Shown piece by piece: positions 26,664 through 31,214 of a DNA stretch of 31,214 bases; position 1 is the first letter of the stretch; each line of letters begins with the position of its first letter. Made by a program: the position numbers and the translations under genes. Source of the DNA: an uncultured Acidobacteriota bacterium (GTDB lineage: Bacteria; Acidobacteriota; Blastocatellia; Pyrinomonadales; Pyrinomonadaceae); NCBI GenBank assembly GCA_902826505.1, contig CADEFG010000001.1, positions 1-31,214 of the forward strand. The letters are read 5' to 3'. The notes beneath the pieces are model-generated. The model was not told the DNA's origin. It did not search any database and saw nothing but the letters and a program-made list of their open reading frames with translations.

Positions 26664-27011
26664 TTAGCCGGGCGGGAAAATAAAGGGGCGACCGCCGAGC
26701 AGATGAACGTGGAGGTGAAAAACCGTCTGTCCGCCGTCGGCATTCGTATTAATGACGACGCGATAGCCATCTTCGGCAAAACCTTTTTGACGGGCGATCT
26801 GAGCGGTAGTCAAAAGCAGATGCCCGAGCGTTTCCCGATGATCGGCTTCGGCTTTGTCGAGCGACGCGAAATGCTCGCGCGGAACGATCAAAACGTGCGT
26901 CGGGGCTTGCGGGCTAATATCATTGAACGCGACGCAAATTTCGTCTTCATAAACGCGGGCGGACGGAATTTCACCGGCAATAATTTTGCAAAACAGACAA
27001 TTCTCGTTCAT
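26664..27011 (-). CDS. hinT: HIT-family nucleotide hydrolase (HinT-like)
   Basis: MNENCLFCKII, AFNDISPQAPTHVLIVPREH, GGQTVFHLHVHLLGGR (histidine triad). The upstream extension in the ORF track is repeat-derived. Confidence 0.93.
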   Translation of the reverse strand: MNENCLFCKIIAGEIPSARVYEDEICVAFNDISPQAPTHVLIVPREHFASLDKAEADHRETLGHLLLTTAQIARQKGFAEDGYRVVINTNADGGQTVFHLHVHLLGGRPFIFPPG

Positions 27012-27029
27012 AACGGAATGGTTATTATA

Positions 27030-27140
27030 AAAGCAAAAAGCAAAAAGTAAAAAGTAAAAAAGCAAAAACGTCCGGCTCAAAACTTATGACAAGGTCAGAA
27101 TGCGTTTTATTTTTGCTTTTTACTTTTTGCTTTTTGCTTT
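27030..27140. repeat. Palindrome with (AAAAAGY)n heptamer arms between murA and hinT
   Basis: 27030-27060 and 27110-27140 are inverted repeats with 30/31 identity around a 49-bp spacer. The right arm overlaps the murA stop codon. Confidence 0.9.
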
Positions 27141-28434
27141 AAACCTCTTCCGCCGCCATCGCCATATTATCGGTGATTCGCTCGATTTCGGCGCCGACAT
27201 TGCGAAGTTTTTTGACGATCGTTTCATAACCGCGGTCAATATGATAAACGCGGTCGATCAAAGTTTCGCCGGTTGCCGCGAGCGCCGCCAGCACGAGCGA
27301 AGCCGAAGCGCGCAGATCCGATGCCTGAACCGGCGCGCCCATCAACTCGGTTTTGCCGTGAACACGCGCCGTATTACCCGAGATTTCGATTTTCGCGCCC
27401 ATTCGGATTAGTTCCGAAGCGTGCATAAAACGATTCTCGAAAATTGTTTCGGTAACGGTCGAAACGCCTTCGGATTGCGTCATCAAAGCCATGTATTGCG
27501 CCTGCATATCGGTCGGGAAAAGCGGATGCGGTTCGGTCGTCACATCTTTGGCGGTCAAGCCGTTGTCGCCGCATTTGACGAGCAGCGTCGTCGGGTTGAG
27601 TTCTTCGATGACAACACCGGTTTCGCGCAGTTTTTCGATCACGGCTTTAAGATGCGCGGGCTCGCAATTTTTGATTTCAAGCTCGCCGCCCGTGATCGCC
27701 GCCGCAACGATAAAAGTTCCGGTTTCGATCCGGTCGGGAATGATCGTATGTTCCGCGCCGCCCAAAGCCTCGACGCCTTCGATCTCGATCTGATCCGTGC
27801 CCGCGCCTTTGATGCGGGCGCCCATTTTGTTCAAAAGGTCGGCTAAATCTTCGATTTCGGGTTCCTGCGCGGCGTTGTGAATCGTCGTTTTGCCGCTTGC
27901 CAAAGCCGCCGCCATCATCACATTTTCCGTGCCCGTAACGGTCACTTTTTCGAAATGCACGTCGGCGCCGATCAGGCGACCTTTCGGCGCCCGCGCGACG
28001 ACATCGCCGGATTCTAAGGACACGGTCGCGCCGAGCTGTTCAAACGCTTTCAGATGCAGATCGATCGGACGCGTGCCGATCGCGCAGCCGCCGGGAAGCG
28101 AAACTTTTGCCTGTCCGAACCGTGCGAGCAGCGGTCCGAGCGCCAAAACGCTCGCCCGCATCGTTTTAACGAGTTCATACGGCGCTTCGAAAGTTTCGAT
28201 ATTCGCGGCTTTAACCTTGTGCGTGCGAAGTTCGGGCGTCAGCACGGTCGCGCCCAGATCTTCCAGCAGACGCCGCTGCGTGATCAAATCCTTTACATAC
28301 GGAACATTGTGTAAAATAACGACTTCCGACGATAAAAGCGTCGCCGCGAGACACGGCAAAGCGGAATTTTTCGCGCCGCTGATCTCGATTTTTCCTTTCA
28401 GCGGTTTTCCGCCGTTGATGATAAATTTATCCAT
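27139..28434 (-). CDS. murA: UDP-N-acetylglucosamine 1-carboxyvinyltransferase
   Basis: SGAKNSALP, MRASVLALGPLL, LPGGCAIGTRPIDLH (active-site Cys retained), PDRIETGT, FPTDMQAQ, ETIFENRF, DLRASASL, HIDRGYE. Confidence 0.99.
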   Translation of the reverse strand: MDKFIINGGKPLKGKIEISGAKNSALPCLAATLLSSEVVILHNVPYVKDLITQRRLLEDLGATVLTPELRTHKVKAANIETFEAPYELVKTMRASVLALGPLLARFGQAKVSLPGGCAIGTRPIDLHLKAFEQLGATVSLESGDVVARAPKGRLIGADVHFEKVTVTGTENVMMAAALASGKTTIHNAAQEPEIEDLADLLNKMGARIKGAGTDQIEIEGVEALGGAEHTIIPDRIETGTFIVAAAITGGELEIKNCEPAHLKAVIEKLRETGVVIEELNPTTLLVKCGDNGLTAKDVTTEPHPLFPTDMQAQYMALMTQSEGVSTVTETIFENRFMHASELIRMGAKIEISGNTARVHGKTELMGAPVQASDLRASASLVLAALAATGETLIDRVYHIDRGYETIVKKLRNVGAEIERITDNMAMAAEEV

Positions 28435-28593
28435 AAAAGCGTAATTAAAGCAGAAAAAATTCCGCTCGTTTTAGATTTCCTTATAGAAGCAAGTAGCAAA
28501 TCTTATCACGAGTTTGGTGAAGAATAAAAATGTCGGCGAGAATATTTTCGATGAACAAACGGTGAAAAATTAAACCTGAAAAATCTTTTTTTT

Positions 28594-28696
28594 CTTCGCG
28601 ACTTTGCCCCTTTGCGGGAGAAAATAAATATTTACCCGTCGAAGAATTTGCTGATCAGACTGAATTTATTTCCCGCAAAGCCGCAAAGTCGCGAAG
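28594..28696. repeat. Inverted pair of (CGCAAAGN)3-type octamer arms
   Basis: CTTCGCGACTTTGCCCCTTTGCGGGA (28594-28619) versus TCCCGCAAAGCCGCAAAGTCGCGAAG (28671-28696), 24/26 complementary. Confidence 0.85.
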
Positions 28697-28727
28697 ATTT
28701 TGTTCGTTCAATCGGCATATCTTGAGC

Positions 28728-30989
28728 TTATTTTTTCTTGACGTAGCGATTGTAGACAATGTCGGGCGTTTCGAGATTGCGCCCGTTTTTCAGATTGATC
28801 GCGAGCCGGATAAACTGCGCCATCGACCACGCGAGCGGCGTCGCCGAACCATTGCCTTCGCCGAATTTGAGCGTCGGCGGAATAAAACCGTAGTCGATCT
28901 TTTTCGGGATTTCCGCCCGATCCCAGATTTGTTCGGGAATCATCAAGCCATCGTTTGAAAAAGCGAGCATCGCATCAAGTCTGCTATAAGCCTCGGGAAG
29001 CCACCTTCTTTTTACTTTCTTTATCGGATAATTTGGGTTTTTGCGCTTTTCTTTTTCTTCCTTTACCCAATTTTCATGCCATTGCTCGGCGATCGCTAAT
29101 TCATATTGCCCGCGTTCGCCCGTCAAAAGCGCCCAAAGATGACCGTTTCCGCGCCACGTCGTATCCCAATTCCAGCGGTTTCCTTCGTAGGTGTCGCCGT
29201 AACCGTCATGATTGTAGCGATACCAGCATTCGCCGTTCGGCGTGTTGACTTTCAAAACCTCGTCAACGACTTTGAGCGATTTTTGAATCAGCGCGTCGTC
29301 GGGCGATTTGATTCCTAATCTGACCAATTCCAAAAATCCGGCGTCAACGATCTCGCGTTCGTCAAAAGTTCCGGCGCCGTTGCCGAGCTCTAATTTCTCA
29401 CCCGAATCGGGTTTGCCGTTTTGCGAAAGACGCAGATAATAATTGCCGTCGCCGTATTTGCCCGTGCGCGTCGCCGTCCAATTTTCGATGTTTGATTGCC
29501 AGTTGTCAGCAGTTTCGAGCCAACGCCGCGCTGATGCTTCGTCGCCGTTCATTTTGGCGATTTCCGCCGCGCAAACTAATCCGGCGATTTCCGCCGCGAT
29601 CGTCGAAGGCGAATAACCCGATTCTTCTTCCCAGCGTTCCTGTTTTGTAAAAGGTCCGTTTTTCGCGATGTAATCGGCTGACTTTTTGATGTTTTTCTCG
29701 TAAGTCGTTTTATCGGTTTTGCCGAGCTGATAAGCCAAAATCAGCGGATACGAAATTTCGTCCATCTGGATCGAATCGCCAACCGTGCGACCGTCGAGCC
29801 ATGAAATCTGCGGAAAACTGCCGTCGTCGCGCTGCTGATATTTGAACAAATATTCGAGTGCGCGAATCGCCGCCGCATTGTCGCCGAGTGCCATTTGCGC
29901 CGTCGCGACCTGATACAAATCGCGCGACCAGACGAGATGATAGCCGGTCGTCGTTTCGTTGCCGTTGTTGCCGCCGCCCCATGGAACGCTCAGGCTCGCG
30001 ACATTTCCGCCGCGCGTCGTTTTATCCTCGAACGCCCGCAAAACCATCGCCGCCATGTTAAACTGCGCCTGATATTTCGGCGCGACGCGCGGCAAAGTTT
30101 TCGCGTAATCAGCCCAACCTTTTTCGTATTCGGCTTTAACTTCGGCAAAACTTTTTTTGGCAGACAATACGGCATTTAACCATGCGGCATTTCCGTTAGT
30201 CGAAAAGCCCAGAGCTACAAGAAATTTTTGAGGGTTTTTGATCTTCGCCATTTGAACGACATTGCCATTTTTGGCTTCCTCATATGGCGAAACTATTTTT
30301 CCAAACTCCCGAAGTTGCTCTAACCCGTCGCTTGTTTGATAAAAACCACTTGTTGTTTCTTCTTTACCCGTTGAAATTGTTCCGTTTGAAATAAACAGCG
30401 AAGCGAAAATATTCCCATCAGTCGAAATTAATTTATCCGAATATGCCGAGTCGTGCATTCCGCTGTTATTAATAGACGGATCAAAATAAATATAGAGATT
30501 TAGATTTTTATTCTTTGTCTGGAACTGAACGTCAATTAAAAGCGAATCTCTTTCGCTGGTCGCGTAAGTTTTCGTGATCTTCCATTCGCCCGATTTTGCC
30601 GTGTTGATCTGCTGAAAGCTCAATGAATCAGGGCGCAAAGGTTTGATTTGATGATTGGCGTCGTCGCGCTCGGTTTCGACTTTTTTCGTTTTCGGATTGA
30701 CGACGACAAACTGCAAAACGTTGACGTTTGCCGTATCGACCTGCGGGTAAAAAACTTCGGTCAGCATTCCGCCTTGGAGTGTGAACCAGATTTTCGATTC
30801 GAGCGTCGCGCTCGTTCCGACGGCTTGTTTGCCCGCGCTCGACCATTGTGCGTCTTTGCCGGGCGCATTCGGCGCGAGCGTTTGCGCGTGTGAAGAGATG
30901 AAGAAGATTCCCGCCAAGGCGCAGAGGCGCAAAGTTAAAACAAAAGATGAAAATATTGTTTGCATAAAATCACTTGAATAATTCTTCAT
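28728..30989 (-). CDS. Secreted GH15 glucoamylase/glucodextranase
   Basis: APGKDAQWSSAGKQAVGT (glucodextranase-N-like), GYHLVWSRDLY, QMDE, QERWEEESG (catalytic acid region), IPEQIWD, SATPLAWSMAQF. Start is 30989 or 30965. Confidence 0.92.
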   Translation of the reverse strand: MKNYSSDFMQTIFSSFVLTLRLCALAGIFFISSHAQTLAPNAPGKDAQWSSAGKQAVGTSATLESKIWFTLQGGMLTEVFYPQVDTANVNVLQFVVVNPKTKKVETERDDANHQIKPLRPDSLSFQQINTAKSGEWKITKTYATSERDSLLIDVQFQTKNKNLNLYIYFDPSINNSGMHDSAYSDKLISTDGNIFASLFISNGTISTGKEETTSGFYQTSDGLEQLREFGKIVSPYEEAKNGNVVQMAKIKNPQKFLVALGFSTNGNAAWLNAVLSAKKSFAEVKAEYEKGWADYAKTLPRVAPKYQAQFNMAAMVLRAFEDKTTRGGNVASLSVPWGGGNNGNETTTGYHLVWSRDLYQVATAQMALGDNAAAIRALEYLFKYQQRDDGSFPQISWLDGRTVGDSIQMDEISYPLILAYQLGKTDKTTYEKNIKKSADYIAKNGPFTKQERWEEESGYSPSTIAAEIAGLVCAAEIAKMNGDEASARRWLETADNWQSNIENWTATRTGKYGDGNYYLRLSQNGKPDSGEKLELGNGAGTFDEREIVDAGFLELVRLGIKSPDDALIQKSLKVVDEVLKVNTPNGECWYRYNHDGYGDTYEGNRWNWDTTWRGNGHLWALLTGERGQYELAIAEQWHENWVKEEKEKRKNPNYPIKKVKRRWLPEAYSRLDAMLAFSNDGLMIPEQIWDRAEIPKKIDYGFIPPTLKFGEGNGSATPLAWSMAQFIRLAINLKNGRNLETPDIVYNRYVKKK

Positions 30990-31021
30990 AAATTCTTTGC
31001 GCCTCTGCGCCTTGGCGGGAA
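30908..31021. repeat. Perfect 27-bp inverted repeat with octamer-variant arms enclosing the GH15 start codon
   Basis: TTCCCGCCAAGGCGCAGAGGCGCAAAG (30908-30934) is the exact reverse complement of 30995-31021. The spacer is 60 bp. Confidence 0.95.
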
Positions 31022-31028
31022 ACGGCTC

Positions 31029-31214
31029 TTATTTCAACTTGATTTTCTTTAATGCCTTTGGAATTTCCTTGTTTTTCATAAACCATTTCCAGACATTGCC
31101 CGAACGCAGGTTTTCCGCGCTTAAAAGCGTGATGCCGACGTCGATGCCGATGACGTCTTTGTTGATCCAGCCGTTATGCGGGTTGAAAGCGTCGGTAAAA
31201 CCGTAGCGACCGTA
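31029..31214 (-). CDS. C-terminus of a 'glucoamylase family'/GH144-like glycoside hydrolase (partial)
   Basis: Reverse complement from the window end reads YGRYGFTDAFNPHNGWINKDVIGIDVGITLLSAENLRSGNVWKWFMKNKEIPKALKKIKLK*, matching the Glycoamylase/GH144 C-terminal pattern. Confidence 0.8.
   Translation of the reverse strand, partial: YGRYGFTDAFNPHNGWINKDVIGIDVGITLLSAENLRSGNVWKWFMKNKEIPKALKKIKLK

Noticed and set aside
30997-31206. 69-aa plus-strand ORF starting MRLCALAG
   Set aside because: It starts in the repeat arm and is antisense to the GH144-like gene end.
1-31214. CRISPR array, tRNA/rRNA, parS site, transposase, genome-wide TAG recoding
   Set aside because: No regularly spaced direct repeats, RNA-gene folds, TGTTTCACGTGAAACA-like site or transposase motifs were seen by eye. 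TAG ends the GH13 gene directly before a terminator.

Overview
A 31.2-kb bacterial chromosomal segment. Gene content and style suggest Acidobacteriota, probably Blastocatellia/Pyrinomonadaceae (inferred from an Acidobacterial VWA protein, Pro-Thr-linker exported proteins and mglBA; not verified by search). In order: the 3' end of a TonB-dependent-receptor-like gene with an in-frame TAG; a TPR-like/DUF4388 protein; smc; an exported hypothetical protein; a secreted GH13 alpha-amylase/neopullulanase; a CapA-family lipoprotein; two membrane orphans; a minus-strand yvcK(glmR)-glmU-brnT-brnA-[secretin-N-only protein]-glmS operon; mglB-mglA; a VWA protein; a GAF-GAF sigma54 activator; murA-hinT-TPR lipoprotein; a GH15 glucoamylase; and the 3' end of a GH144-like glucanase. 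Three things stand out. (1) A 559-aa intein with an apparently intact LAGLIDADG homing endonuclease splits the Walker A motif of SMC (GPNGCGK|SN). (2) A family of long palindromes whose arms are 7-8-nt tandem repeats sits at gene boundaries and inside coding sequence; it supplies part of the SMC hinge and part of the GH15 signal peptide. (3) An AT-rich toxin-antitoxin pair plus a secretin-N-only gene is wedged between glmU and glmS. No rRNA, tRNA, CRISPR array or transposase was recognised.
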